50,036 nucleotides of DNA from Utricularia gibba (taxonomy: Eukaryota; Plantae; Magnoliophyta): positions 1 through 50,036 of the forward strand of contig NEEC01000066.1 in assembly GCA_002189035.1 (NCBI GenBank), given 5' to 3'. Positions 1-12,369 of the stretch are shown here, piece by piece. A program made the translations under genes and the position numbers. The notes under the pieces were generated by a model. The model saw only the letters and a list, made by a program, of their open reading frames with translations, ran no database searches and had not been told where the DNA came from. How positions within the stretch are numbered: position 1 is the stretch's first letter; every line of letters begins with the position of its first letter.

Positions 1-83
1 TACTGCACAAAAATGTGATCCCAGAAAAGTATTCGTCAACCCAATATTTCGATACCTAGTGCAGAAGAGCAGCCATTCCAAAA

Positions 84-495
84 AAACCCTAAATTCAAAA
101 AATACACCGAACGGAAACGCATACACCGGTACTAACAAACGATTTCACCGCGTCAAGGCGAATGATACTCTAAATGCCCCTAAACCTTCATAAACGCGAA
201 TACAAGTTTCTACAAATCGCAAGACACAAACAAAGCGTGAAAACTTTTCCAATTCTTCCATCAGAAAGAAGAGTAGAAGGAAAGACGGCAAATTCGCGGT
301 CGCAGAGGAAGAAGGGGAGACACCACTAATCCAATTGCGAGCGAACGAAGCTGTATGACGAATTCAAGTGTCCCAGCCATGGGAGCGGAGGTGGAGGCGT
401 TAAGGAATTTGGTTATTCATTCCCCAGAATTGGGCTTTTAACATTGGGCCTGAATGAAAAAAACGTAAATACAATGGACCCTCAATAGCTGGGCT
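84..495 (-). promoter_or_regulatory. Probable promoter/5' end of a minus-strand gene running off the left edge (site II elements and telo-box)
   Basis: Three TGGGCY site II motifs at 431, 445 and 490, an AAACCCTA telo-box at ~84-91, and an ATG at 380 on the minus strand. Product not identifiable. Confidence 0.35.
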
Positions 496-1014
496 TCTTA
501 CAAATATAAAATCGTAAATTAATATTCTATTTTAAATAAATTTTATATTTCGAACGATGTTTCCAAAGTAAATTTATTATTAAACTCAAACGATTTTTAT
601 GTTAAAAAATTTTAAAAGCCAACTTCTAATTTTTTTAAAAAATTACTTTAAAAAATGTATATCTAAAAATTTTATTAAATAGAATTTGGATGTCACAAAT
701 AAATTTAATCAAATCACTTTGTTCTAAAGAACCTATTGATCAAGCCACTTTATTCTTAAGATAGAAAAAATTATCAAATATATACAAATCAATACATTTT
801 CAAGATCATGATCATCAAAGATTAAGCGGAATGCGATAGGCTTTTATGGAGTAGTTCAGAAATTTTTCGAAATAAATAATATCATACATAAATATTTCGT
901 AGAAATTTTTATTTACTATATAAACCTGAATTTTCTAAGTGCTTCTGCTTAGTTGCAGGGAGATGAGCAAGCAGGTCTGTGTCTGCATAGTGCTGTACCA
1001 AACGGATGAAAGGC

Positions 1015-2417
1015 TCAAACACCCTGACAGATATCTCTAACTGCTGAATTCTTCTGGCTAAATCATGCCTACCACAGTTCTTCATCCATCCGAAACCATG
1101 TCGAAGATTTTCGGCATCGGCAGCAACTTCAACCCCGCCATTTCCACCAAGAAGTTGGCTGCTTCCACGACTCTTCCACCACGGCAGCACAGTTTTATGA
1201 GCATCGTATAGATGGGGCGATTTGGAGGATGACCCTTCACTCTCATATCAGCAAATAAGCTGAGTGCATCATCAAACTGTCCCCTGCGGCAGTAAGCTTT
1301 CAAAATGGGTGCATACAAGCTGGGAAAAGGGCGGTTGCCTTCCTCAATGGACCTGTGAAGAATCCTTAATGCCTCATGCACCTTTCCAGCTTTTGAAGCA
1401 GCTGAAATCATGGTCTTGTATGTTTCCATGTCTGGGGAGAAGCCTAATTCACAGACATCATTGAAAAGGCCGATGGAAAAATCGATTTCTCCGGATTTGC
1501 AGAGAGCTTCAATCAAACAGTTGAATGTGCCAACATCTGGAACGAAGCTATCCTTGGTCATTCTCCTCACTAGCCCTTTAGCTGACTCAAGATACCCTGC
1601 ATTCAGCAGTCCGTTGATCAGTAAATCGCGGCCTCGAACAGGCGGATTATATCCTTCTTACTCATTTCCTCCAAGAAATCCTGTGCTTCCATCATCTTAC
1701 CAGCAGAACACCAAGCATTGACAAGCACAGAATATGTTCTCTTATCAGGAGCAGTCCCTTTTCTAATCATCCTTCTGACCAAAGCATACGCACCTTGGAA
1801 ATTCTTAACATGACAGAGAGCAAAAAGCAAGGAATTGTACACCTCGGTGGTTTGTGGGCAAGCAAGGTTTTTGAGGCCATTAAAGAGCTGGACAGCTTTG
1901 TCAATGAGACCATGCTTAGCATACTGTTCGATAACGAAGGACATCACAGAAGGCGAAATAGCGATACTCTGAGATTTCATATTATGCATTACCTTCCACA
2001 TGGTCTCCCAGTGGCTGGTTCGAGCTAAGACTCTTACCAGCTCTCAAACTCAAGGGTTGTCGGATCATAATTTGGCTGATTTGTTCGAGCCCAGTTGAAA
2101 AAGCGAAAGCATTCTATACCAAAGCTGTTGCAATTGCGGATGACGCGAAAGACTAGCTCTGAATTAACAAGGCTTGATATGTTCATCTTGTTGAGTGTCC
2201 GCTCCATGTAGATATCTCGCCTCACAATGTCGGAGACATGGTGAAGTGTCGCAAAATAGTCATCGTTGGGCAAGCCTTTGGCTTTGCTACTTCCCCCGGC
2301 GCCATGGGTGGAACTGGTCCCCGTAGCCAAGCTTCTAGCAAATGAGAAGATGCAACGGCGGTTGGTGATAACCGAATTTGTGCGAAGAATGTACGGTAGG
2401 GTTTTTGCAGCCAGCAT
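1015..2417 (-). CDS. P-class pentatricopeptide repeat protein, probably mitochondrial; single exon with four apparent 1-nt frameshifts
   Basis: ORFs 2034-2453, 1618-2001, 1082-1570 and 909-1190 carry consecutive 35-aa PPR motifs (e.g. PDKRTYSVLVNAWCSAGKMMEAQDFLEEM, PDVGTFNCLIEALCKSGEIDF). Adding one G at ~2045, ~1645, ~1085 and ~1022 joins them into one ORF from ATG 2417 (MLAAKTL) to ...LEISVRGV* (TGA 1015-1017). Confidence 0.9.
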
Positions 2418-2993
2418 TGTATGGCTCTTCCGGGCTAATTCCTCAAAGACCACTCCATGAAAAAAATCTCAAGATTTGATGATAATAACGAATTTTGGGG
2501 TGTTGCTCTGAAAATCCATAGCCGGCGAAATCCTTCGCACTCCTCGGTATCCGGTGACGAACACACTTATTTCTCCGGCAACCTCCAGCGATCGTTACGG
2601 CAATTGGTCTTCCCAAGCCCTAGTTTTTCCAGCCAAATATTTGTTTGCAACGAACATTCTTCTCCTAGGTTAATTTTGCTCCGGCGCTGCTCAAGGACGG
2701 ACTCCATGAAATCCAGGTCGGAGGCTTCTATCAGAAAGATAACTCATATGCTTAATGGCATGTAATTTGGCTCCGCGTGTTGGTTTTGTTTGATGTCTGG
2801 GAACCCTGAATTTCAGAGAGCTCTCCCCCTTCAAACGATGACGCTACTCAGAATGAACATAGGCTGCATGGCCAAACTTCGAATTCAGAGCATACTTTAA
2901 AACTTGAGATGAGGAAGCTCTACATTTCTCATTCAAGCAGAATTGTAATGACAACAGCCGCCCGTGATTCTTCAACAAGTGTAAATGAAGACT

Positions 2994-3734
2994 TCATTCA
3001 GCCCTGAACATTTGTGAACCAGGGCCAACATTTGCCATCGGAGGTGGAGGCATAGGCCGAGCTCCGGTTGCCATCAGGGGTGGTGGGAATGAGTGCGGAG
3101 GCGGTGCATGTGCATCAGCCTTGGCGCAGAACCGGGAACTGAAGTTTCATCAGTTGATGGAGGAGGCTGAGGTTTTTTCAGTCTTGAAGTATAGTTGCAA
3201 CTGCATATTGAATATCCAAACGAACAAAGAACTTTTAACAGTGTTTATAGTCAGTATGGCAGCAACAACGTCAACTTCCAGGTATTGTAGCAGACAACAT
3301 CATAATAAAGTAGTTCTTTTCAGAGTTTACACCTTCTAGTAGGACTTGAAAAAAACACCCTGCTTTTCACAATGTCAAATTGATAAAGCACTGCAGCAAA
3401 AGCCCTTTATGATGCAACAAACTAAATAAGCATAAGAACTTTCAACCAAACATGTCTAAATTTCACATAAAGCGACGAAAAAGCTATCAGAATGAACTGC
3501 ATAAACTGCCACCCGAGGCCCCAAAACTCGTGATCCTAAAAGAACATTTTGGAAGAACCAAAGAGCTAATCATGAACATTTGGTTTAGCTGTATATAATC
3601 ATGTTGCAATGAAGATGTTATGAACTATCTAACACATGGAGATTAATAAAAATAATTACCTTGAAAGCAATAATTTCATATGGTTCTGCAGCAAACAAAA
3701 GAAACTGATAGCACTTATCGAATGGTTGAATTCT
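2994..3734 (-). pseudogene. SF3A2: Splicing factor 3A subunit 2 (SF3a66/SAP62) C-terminal exon remnants
   Basis: Exon 3734-3660 (AG/GT bounded, 75 nt) = RIQPFDKCYQFLLFAAEPYEIIAFK. Exon from 3200 = LQLYFKT plus a Pro-rich tail with frameshifts, ending TGA at 2994. The N-terminal zinc finger and the intervening VPSTE...KMFT exon were not found. Confidence 0.7.
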
Positions 3735-3825
3735 CTGTAATAAAAGAAGACAAGGCACAATAAAAATGGCATCTTGGGTCATGATCTGCAATAACATCAT
3801 CAGAATCAAAGATCAGGGAACATAC

Positions 3826-4207
3826 AGAAACATGGCGAGGGACAAGATTCCCACTGATTTAGATCAACCTATCAGAAGTAAATAGTGTTACTCTTCCCTT
3901 GGAACCCATTTCAAAGCTATCGGAAACCCGCCAAAGAATTCAGCAAAAGAGTTACGATAAACATAAAGAAACGTGAGGTTCTGTAAATAGGGGGATTCGT
4001 CGTTGTCGAATTATCCCATGGGTACAACCGAAATCATCATCTCCGTCGAAATGGGAGGACCCGGAGGCCCGAATAGCCGTTGCGGTGATCGAAAAAATTA
4101 TGAGGAAGAACAGCGAATCGTCAACGAGAGAAAGGGCTTGAGAGAATGCGTCCCCTGTAGAAGCAAAGCGAGGTGGAGAAGAGGACTCCAAACGCGGCTT
4201 CAGCCAT
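3826..4207 (-). pseudogene. Degenerate first two exons of a conserved plant protein of unknown function, with a transit-peptide-like N-terminus
   Basis: ATG 4207 MAEAAFGVLFSTSLCF. The second exon (3916-3826) reads LKWVPR..RVTLFTSDRLI*ISGNLVPRHVS, with a frameshift and a stop. It resembles a recalled motif WVPEERVTLFTSDGLIQIGGNLVPR (not verified by search). Confidence 0.45.
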
Positions 4208-4414
4208 AGACTCTTTTCCGCCAGATAACCGAAATGGGAATGATCCGTGTATTAATAACTGAAAGGGCAACCGGGGAGAAACTTGTTTGAATTCTTACAG
4301 ACGTAGGGAACTAAAAAAAACGAAGTCGGTATAAGCCATTCAGGAGTTCTGATCGTAGTGACGAATAACACACAGCTTGATGCTAACAGTATGCAGAACT
4401 GCAATTTATGTGTT

Positions 4415-5242
4415 CTATGCGAAGCTCATAGACATCAACTTCGGCCCATTATCAGGCATCCCCATTCCAGCGGCGAGATCAGCATCCAGCTGAGTGTGAG
4501 GAGCAGGACCCGCCATTTGCTTCAAACTGCGCAGGAGAGACCATGTGCGAATCAATGCATTCTTAAGGGGGAATATAATTATATTGAAAAAACACTAGAT
4601 CAATTCAGTCACCATAAATATGATGACACCAAGTCCATGGAAAATGGCGGGTAATTAGCCAGTTTACAATGGAAATTCTCATGTTTCAAAAACCTTGTTT
4701 CCATATGGAGCAATCTTTTTTTATCTAAAATTTTCCCAAATTTGACTCATGGCAACAGATGAATCAGTCATTGAAGAGATTCAACAAGGAAAGTAGGCGT
4801 ACCGCTTCTTATGCCGCTTCGTTTTGAAATGTTCGTCCCTCACAGCAAGATTAGCGAAGTAGCGACTGATGAAGAAACAGCGCCAAAAATCAAAACGGGA
4901 ACGGAAACAATGCACTAAATAAAGGAAAAAAAAAACTCAGAGAATAAGAAAACATTACTCGCAGTGTAAACAATAAAACTGCCCCATTCCTGGAAGGTCT
5001 TCATCCAAAGGCAGGGCTCGAGTTTTCCCATCGGTTTTCTGAAGCTCATCGTAAACAGCATCGTCGCGTGGACAAATTCATTGTCAAGGAAAAAAGGAGT
5101 AACCAATGAAATTCAGATGCGGAAGTCAGGTTACATTCTTGGGTAATAAAAGGATATCCATTAAAAGAAACTTTGTCCTCCTGGAGGATTTATGCGAATA
5201 TCGGCGCTTTTTCACGCTTCTGTGCGGGCACTTCCCTCCCAT
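4415..5242 (-). CDS. ZNF593: C2H2 zinc finger protein 593 / Bud20-like ribosome biogenesis factor, 4 exons, 122 aa, intact
   Basis: Exons 5242-5158, 5067-4959, 4865-4803 and 4526-4415 splice in frame to MGGKCPHRSVKKRRYSHK...LPLDEDLPGMGQFYCLHCDRYFANLAVRDEHFKTKRHKKRLKQMAGPAPHTQLDADLAAGMGMPDNGPKLMSMSFA*. Confidence 0.95.
5068..5157 (-). other. U12-type (minor spliceosome) AT-AC intron, intron 1 of the ZNF593-like gene
   Basis: 5' site ATATCCTTTT, branch point TTCCTTGAC (branch A 16 nt from the 3' end), 3' end CCAC. Removal gives in-frame FLLM-G-DDAVYDEL. Confidence 0.93.
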
Positions 5243-6175
5243 GGCTTCTGCCCCGAGCCAGGAACTGGAATTTTGCAAAGCTTCTCCGATTGAGAACAGT
5301 GGAACCCTAGACGCGGCAAGGCTTATAATTCGTGAGAATTCCGTATACGACGTCGTTGTGGCAGATGGGCTCGCGTATATCAAATCTTGAGCCCCTATAT
5401 AAAGCCCATAAAAGTCCAAATGCTAACCCCTAATTCCTTTCTGGAATTCTGCCACTTGTTCTTCTGAAGACGACAGAAGTTTCTAACGGTACGCTCTTAC
5501 CCCCATACACTTCGAACTTTTACCTTCTTCCCTCTTCAGGTTCGACTTCTTCTTTTACTGCTGATTCGGTGAGTCGTCTATAGATAACGAGCGATGAGGA
5601 AGATGATCGGGATCGGAAGAACTACTCAGGGTAGTATTGCTATCATAACCGTCTGGTTCACGCCTGGTCTGCCACCTGTTGACGTCCAAATGTTTCACCA
5701 AAGCATGGAATCAGACCCAAAAGGGCATAAATTGCGAGAAAAGGCATAGCAAAAACCGGTAAAGTGGTCAAACAACCAATTTACCTGACGCAACCCACTG
5801 CACATCATAAGACAAATTCCTTGCCACCCTGCAACAATGATGTTAGCCATAATTGATGATATAGCAACAGCCTTCCTCAACTACCTTGGTGTTGGCATGA
5901 TCTGAATCCACAGCTAGCAGCTGCTACGTTGCAACAACTCCAGCTGCATGGATACCGTGTGTCTTGTCAATGTGAGTCCCTTCCTTATATACTCTTACGC
6001 AACATCTCCATTTTTAGCAACTTCTTTCTCATTACCTTCGTGTTGAGAAAATAAAGTTGTGATTCTGCTGTTTCCACCATGCCTATTTTTAGGGGGAAGA
6101 CTTGAGTTGCAAGACTATCCTTATAAAACATCTATTTCCCCATTCTGTCTCCATTTTTCTGCTTCTCAATTCACC

Positions 6176-8512
6176 ATGAGAAGCTTAGTGGTACGTGGGA
6201 ATCAAGTGAATAGCACCTCTGATCCGACATTGAATCATATTTTTTCTTGGGACGGTATCCGAGGTCCAATTATTGTTCCTCTGCTGCGATGTGCAGTTTT
6301 CATATGCATATGCATGTCAGTCATGCTGTTCATAGAAAGGGTGTATATGGCAGTAGTGATTCTCACCGTGAAGCTCCTGGGACAGAAAAGATACACCAAG
6401 TATCAGCTTGATGCAATCAAGGAGGATTTAGAGAAGAACAAAAACTATCCAAAAGTTCTGGTTCAAATCCCAATGTTTAACGAGAAGGAGGTAAACACAT
6501 TTTCAGTATCTGCTATGCATCCTGCATACAATACAAAGACGCATGAATAGAGAAAGTTTTTAATTTTCTACTTCGGTAAACTCAAATTGAATATGTTTCA
6601 CAGGTTTATAAGCTATCTATAGGATCAGTATCTGGGCTCTCATGGCCATCAGATAGGCTGATAGTGCAGGTTCTGGATGACTCAACGAATGAGCTCTTAA
6701 GGGTATAGCTTCAAATTCCAAGATAATATTTTCAAGATATTTATGGGGCTGCGGAATGCTTATAAAGTTTATGTGCAGGTAATGGTTGAGATGGAATGCA
6801 AAAAGTGGGTTGAGAAGGGGGTTAACATCAAGTACGAGACCAGAAACAACAGGAATGGATACAAGGCAGGAGCACTTCGAGAGGCCTCAAGAAGCATTAT
6901 GTTGAAGATTGTGAGTTTGTTATCATATTTGACGCAGACTTCCAGCCAGAAGAGGACTTCATCTGGAGAACAGTCCCGTACCTGCTGGAAAATCCTGAGT
7001 TGGCTTTGGTTCAAGCCAGGTGGAAATTTGGTAAAGAGAAGGAATACAGACTTCAATCATAGGAAATTTCCTATTCTACCATGGAAGTAAATAAAAATGG
7101 ATGTTTTCTAAATGTGATCATGAACGTAAGAAGCTCAGATAAGTAAAAGGGACTTACAGTTTCTAAATTTCAGTTAATGCAGATGAATGCTTGATGACTC
7201 GGCTTCAGCAGATGTCACTGGACTACCATTTCAGCGTTGAGCAAGAAGTGGGCTCTTCCACATGTTCATTCTTTGGATTCAATGGTCATCTAAATTCTTG
7301 ATTTGCCCAGTTACAATGAACTAAACAACTAATTTGCAGTTCTGTAGTGATAGCAGGTACTGCAGGGGTGTGGCGGATAAAAGCCCTGACTGATGCTGGA
7401 GGATGGAAAGATAGAACTACAGTAGAGGATATGGATCTTGCGGTCAGGGCAAGCCTCAAAGGCTGGAAATTCCTCTTCGTGGGTGATCTATCAGTAAGTA
7501 TTTAAAACATGATGCTGTCTTTGAAATGTTTTTTTTTCAGAGATAAAATAATTGGAAAATGGTTCCTTATCAGGTGAAAAATGAACTACCCAGCACATTT
7601 AAGGCATACAGATACCAACAGCATCGTTGGTCTTGTGGGCCAGCTAACCTCTTCCGGAAAATGTTCAGAGAGATCATTACTTGTGAGGTAGAAATATGCT
7701 TTGTTTGCTTATTTATTCACCAGTAACAATTGTGCCTTCCCAATTCAGCACTTGTTTTTCTGAAATAAATGCAGCGTGTATCAATATGGAAGAAATGGCA
7801 TGTGCTGTATGCATTCTTCTTCGTCAGGAAGATAATTGCACATTGGGTTACCTTTTTCTTTTACTGCATAGTAATCCCAGCAACGATCCTAGTTCCTGAA
7901 GTCCATCTCTCAAAGCCATTAGCTATTTATCTCCCGGCAGCCATTACCCTTCTCAACGCAGGTTCCACACTGAGGTACGGAATTTCCAAAGTACACAAAA
8001 ATCATTCATTCAAATCAACTGCTGGGAATTCACGCTAACCTTATGTTGCAGATCCCTTCATCTTCTTGTATTCTGGATACTATTTGAGAATGTCATGTCC
8101 CTCCATAGATCAAAGGCAGCAATAATCGGGCTCCTCGAAGCAAACCGTGCCAACGAGTGGGTTGTTACCGAGAAGCTCGGAAACACGATGAAGCGAAAGA
8201 ACGATATCAAACCAGCCAAGAAACCAAGATCACGTTTGAGAGAAAGGCAAGTGATGGGTTTGTTTCTCACAACATTCAACAAACACCTGTCATGCAAAGA
8301 ACACAATTTTTATTCAGGGAGCAAATGAGTCGATGAATTCTTTGTGATGCAGGATACAAGTTTTTGAAGTTGTGGTTGGAATGTACCTCCTTCACTGCGC
8401 AGTCTACAACATCCTGTACGGGAAAAACCACTTCTTCATCTACCTCTTACTCCAGGCGGGAGCTTTCTTCGTCGTCGGAGTTGGGTACGTGGGAACATTC
8501 GTACCAAACTGA
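6176..8512 (+). CDS. CSLA: Cellulose synthase-like A (glucomannan 4-beta-mannosyltransferase, GT2), multi-exon, one apparent 1-nt frameshift
   Basis: ATG 6176. Exons encode [63 protein letters not shown] (QxxRW) and end GYVGTFVPN* (TGA 8510-8512). One G is missing at ~6884 (GAG GGC read as GAGGC). Confidence 0.93.
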
Positions 8513-8949
8513 ACTACACATTCACCTGCATCTTGGCCATTGTTGGACCAAGGGAGCCCCAAGAATTCCTTGTGCTATTCCATTCGTCACTTTCCTGTTG
8601 AAATGTATGTTGCTGCATGGTGCGCTGACGCCATGAATTTGTTCTCCCATTGGATTTTTCATTGTTGCGTTTGGTAATTTTTGAAAATATCAAGTATTTA
8701 TTTATATAATATATAACATGCTATAAATGCTATAAATTATATCTGAAAATTAATTTATAAAAAAAATAGTTCAGTTACGATTTCACTTTCGATTCAATTC
8801 AAAGTTTTAAAATCTGAAACTTGAATTGAAATCAACAGCAAACTGTCGATTTGTTCGAAAAAATCATTTGGTTACAAATCAAAACCAGTTGGTTTGGAAT
8901 CGATTGCAACTCTACTCTCGAGTTCGCTCAATAGATTACTACCCATGAA

Positions 8950-11373
8950 GGGGGTGTTGACATTTATGACCTAAAATTTTGAAATTTTAGTATTTTTGAC
9001 CCATAACAAAATAACCGGTTTAACATATTTGACCTGAACCAGTACCGGTTCAGTATATATGACCCAAAATATTTACAAAATGATATATTTGATCTGTAAA
9101 AAATTTATTGCATGACATATTTGACCTATAAAAAATTCAATTTTGATACTATTAACCCATAAAATATTATAACGGGGCATATTTGACCCAACGAAAAGTT
9201 ATAAAAGTTTACAATGGAGTCTGTTTGACCAATAAGTTTAATGTTGGTCACATGTTTAGTATTCAGTTGATATATTCAACCCAATAATTTGGCATATTTG
9301 ACCTTTACAGTTTAATAATCTGACATTGTTGACCCTTAAGATTCGTTAAATCCGCATATTTAACCATAAAGTGTGACAAATTAACATAATTAACCCAATA
9401 AGTTTATCGAATGGACATAAATAACCTATAAAGTTTTTCAAAATTTTAAATAAATTCAATACTTTTTGAAATAAATATTGATAAATAAGTGCCTGTAGAC
9501 ATGGGAATAGCAGTCAATCCGAATATTCATCGTGTCAACCCACTAAAATTCGAACCCGTGATGTTGTTGCAAAGTGAACTTAAGATTATTATCAGTATTT
9601 TTATACATCATATTTATTTTTAAACATACGATAACATGACAAATGCAAGAATTACAAAAAAAATATTTTATAAACATATGATATATGTTTCTTAAAATAT
9701 AAATAATGTAAATATGTTATTTATTAAACCATATAATAAATATGAAAGTTTTTTAGTTTTTAATTTTATTAGCATTCGATGTTGAGTTATATTTTGGATG
9801 GAGTGTGTATTTTTATTCTAATCATTTTAATTAGTATTTGATTCTTGATTATGATTGGAATCGACTACATATTTTTTATTTTAATATTTTTATTCGCATT
9901 CGACCCTTAAGTATGATTCGGATCAAGCATGTATTTATTATTATAATATTTTTATTAGCATTCGATCCTTAAATATAATTCGGATCGAGCATATATTTTT
10001 TATTTTAATACTTTTATTAACATTCAATCCTTAGGTACATTTTGGATCGAGTGAATATTCATTTCTTTTAAATCTTATTTTACGTATACGTATTAAATAC
10101 TCATCCAGGGTATACCTGTCAACCTTTTCTCAACTTCATCAACCCTCAATCAATATTAAATCTTCTTTTTCGCCAGGTTTCATTCGATGTGGATTGGCTC
10201 TGGATTTTTTCATGGACAGTGTCCCTGGGGCTTTTTTGAGCTCTTCGGAGATTTGTGAACGCTCACTCTTACGTTCAACCATTAGGAGCAACTTAGATCG
10301 TGTACACATGACAATTCCACATGGGTGTGGTTTACGCATAAACCACGTTCGTAAGGCCTTGTCGCGCTGCTGGGTGTGCATACGGACGTGATTTACGCAT
10401 AAACCACGCCTGTATACACACCCAGCAGTGCGACAAGGCCACACGGGCGTGGCTTATGCGTAATCCACGCCTGTGTGGCTTACAAGTTTATCAGCACTTG
10501 ATCCACATCGCGCGTAAGGATCGAGCGCGGATAAAAAGGCCACATGGGCGTGGCTTATGCGTAAACGACGCCCGTGTGGCCTTTTAATCAGCGCTCGATC
10601 CGAATCGCGTGTAAGGATCAAGTGCTGATCACACGTTATGTGTAAACCACGTCCATGTGGCTTACAGGTTTATCAGCAATTGATCCGAATCGCGTGTAAG
10701 GATCAAGCGCTAATAAAAAGCCACGAGTGACTTACATTTTATGAGCGCTCGATCCTAATTGCACTTAAGGTTCGAGTGCTGAAAAAAAGGCCACACAGGC
10801 GTCGCTTATGCGTAAACCACGCCCATGTAGCTTTACATGTTATTAGCGCTCGATCCTAATCGCATGATTCGGATCGAGCGCTGAAAAAAAGCTACACATG
10901 CGTGGCTTATGCGTAAACCACGCCCGTGTGGCTTTACATTTTATTAGCGTGTGATCCTAATCGCGCATAAGGATCGAGCGCTGATATTGGTTTATCAGTG
11001 CTCGATCTAATCGCGCGTAAGGATCGAGTGCTGATCCGTGTGGCTTATTATTAGCGCTTGATCCAAATCACGCGTAAGGATTGAGCGCTGATAAAACCGG
11101 GTTCAATTATGTAGGTCAAATATGCTAAATCGGTAAACTATTTGGGTCAAATATGCCAAAATTAAAATTTTATCAAGTTAAGTTTATCATTATTCAATGG
11201 ATGTATTCTACAGTAACAAAAATTCGTAGGTCAAATATGTCAATTCATCAAACTTATGGGTCAAATATGTCCATTCATGAAACTTTATGGGTTCGTTATG
11301 CCTCGTTATGAAAATTTTTAAGTTCGTTATATTCTAAATTTATAATTTTTAGGTCATATATGTAATTATCTTC
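8950..11373. mobile_element. Non-autonomous Mutator-like/foldback DNA transposon with modular imperfect TIRs and an 8-9 bp target-site duplication
   Basis: CCCATGAA(G) flanks both ends (8942-8950 and 11374-11382). Termini GGGGGTGTTGACATTTATGACCTAAAA and (reverse complement) GAAGATAATTACATATATGACCTAAAA. Many TTTGACC repeats in the left arm and GGTCAAA repeats in the right arm. No transposase ORF. Confidence 0.8.
10330..11095. repeat. GC-rich array of two alternating palindromic motifs inside the MULE
   Basis: Repeats of GCCACACGGGCGTGG-cttatgcgtaaa-CCACGCCCGTGTGGC and AGCGCTCGATCC-n~13-GGATCGAGCGCT. Confidence 0.85.
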
Positions 11374-11381
11374 CCCATGAA

Positions 11382-11720
11382 GCTCTGATCAATGACTCTC
11401 AAACGAAGACTCTTATGAAGTTTCACCATCTCGAGGAGATGATATCCTTCAACCGCGCATTTGAAAATGAGGAATCCTGTAGTATCTCGGAAGTGGAATT
11501 CAGCAAACTGAAGCACTTGAAGTTTACTGTGTGTACTACGTTCAAGTACTTTAGAGTGGGAGAAGAGTGATTCCCCCAACTCCAAACTCTTGGAGTAGAC
11601 AGCTCCCAAACAATGAGGATCTCTCATGATGATATTCACGGCATCTCAACGCTGTCGAGGATTCAAATACGATCCTGCAGAGCCTTGATTGGGGAGACAA
11701 AGATTTCTACGTTGACCTCC
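11382..11720 (+). pseudogene. NLR LRR terminal-module remnant on the plus strand, interrupted by the MULE (5' stub at ~8890-8950)
   Basis: Plus frame reads LINDSQTKTLMKFHHLEEM...FENEESCSISEVEFSKLKHLKF...VGEE*FPQLQTL...ISTLSRIQIRSC, homologous to LIDEARTRTIMELHNLE...FENEEWC...FTKLKHL...EEQFPQLLTL of the minus-strand NLRs. Confidence 0.75.
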
Positions 11721-12369
11721 AAAATAAGCAGTTGAAGCTACAAGAAAAAGATGATGATGATGGCGATTACAATGACCCAGATGCGGAGTTGTGAAGCAGC
11801 ATCCGATCCGTTTGCCGTCGCCATCGCCGGCAACTGCTTAATTTCTAGTGTAGCGCCGATCAATTGAAATGCACCTTCAGCAATGTGATCGCTTTGTAAA
11901 GGAAATGGAAACCGAAAGCATTCATCTTGGGAGTACTTCATGGATGTAGATAAATAAGATAATTTTGCTTTTATGTTCTATAAAGATAATCTTTTTTCCC
12001 AATTTATTTAATTGCATTTTCAACCCTTTTTATTATTGATTTTCCATTTGATTTAAAATAATGGTGCTTTTTATGTTTTCCAACTTTTTTTCTCTTTATA
12101 ATTTTGTTGGGCTTGATGTTTAAATTTAATAAATACAGTATCATCATCTTTACATCAAAATAAGTTTCTCTAAAATATTTTTATATCACTTTCAATTTAT
12201 TAATCAAAAATATTTTTTTCAAAACATCTCTTTAATAAAACATATTGATGTCTTATTCATATATTTCTATTAAAACATTTTCCTATATATAACTTTCACC
12301 AAATGAAACATATCATTCAATAATACGTAAATTGATAACAAAATCATGTCCTATCATTTTCCCATGGAT

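Noticed and set aside
260-380. 39-codon ORF MAGTLEF...SSF* as a conserved-peptide uORF
   Set aside because: It does not match any CPuORF I recall, and given the indel error rate it could be a frameshifted first exon.
5460-5990. Separate small gene between ZNF593 and CSLA
   Set aside because: Only short ORFs with no recognisable product; could be UTR or non-coding transcript.
10330-11095. CRISPR-like array
   Set aside because: Plant nuclear context, no unique spacers, no cas genes, and it lies inside a TSD-flanked transposon.
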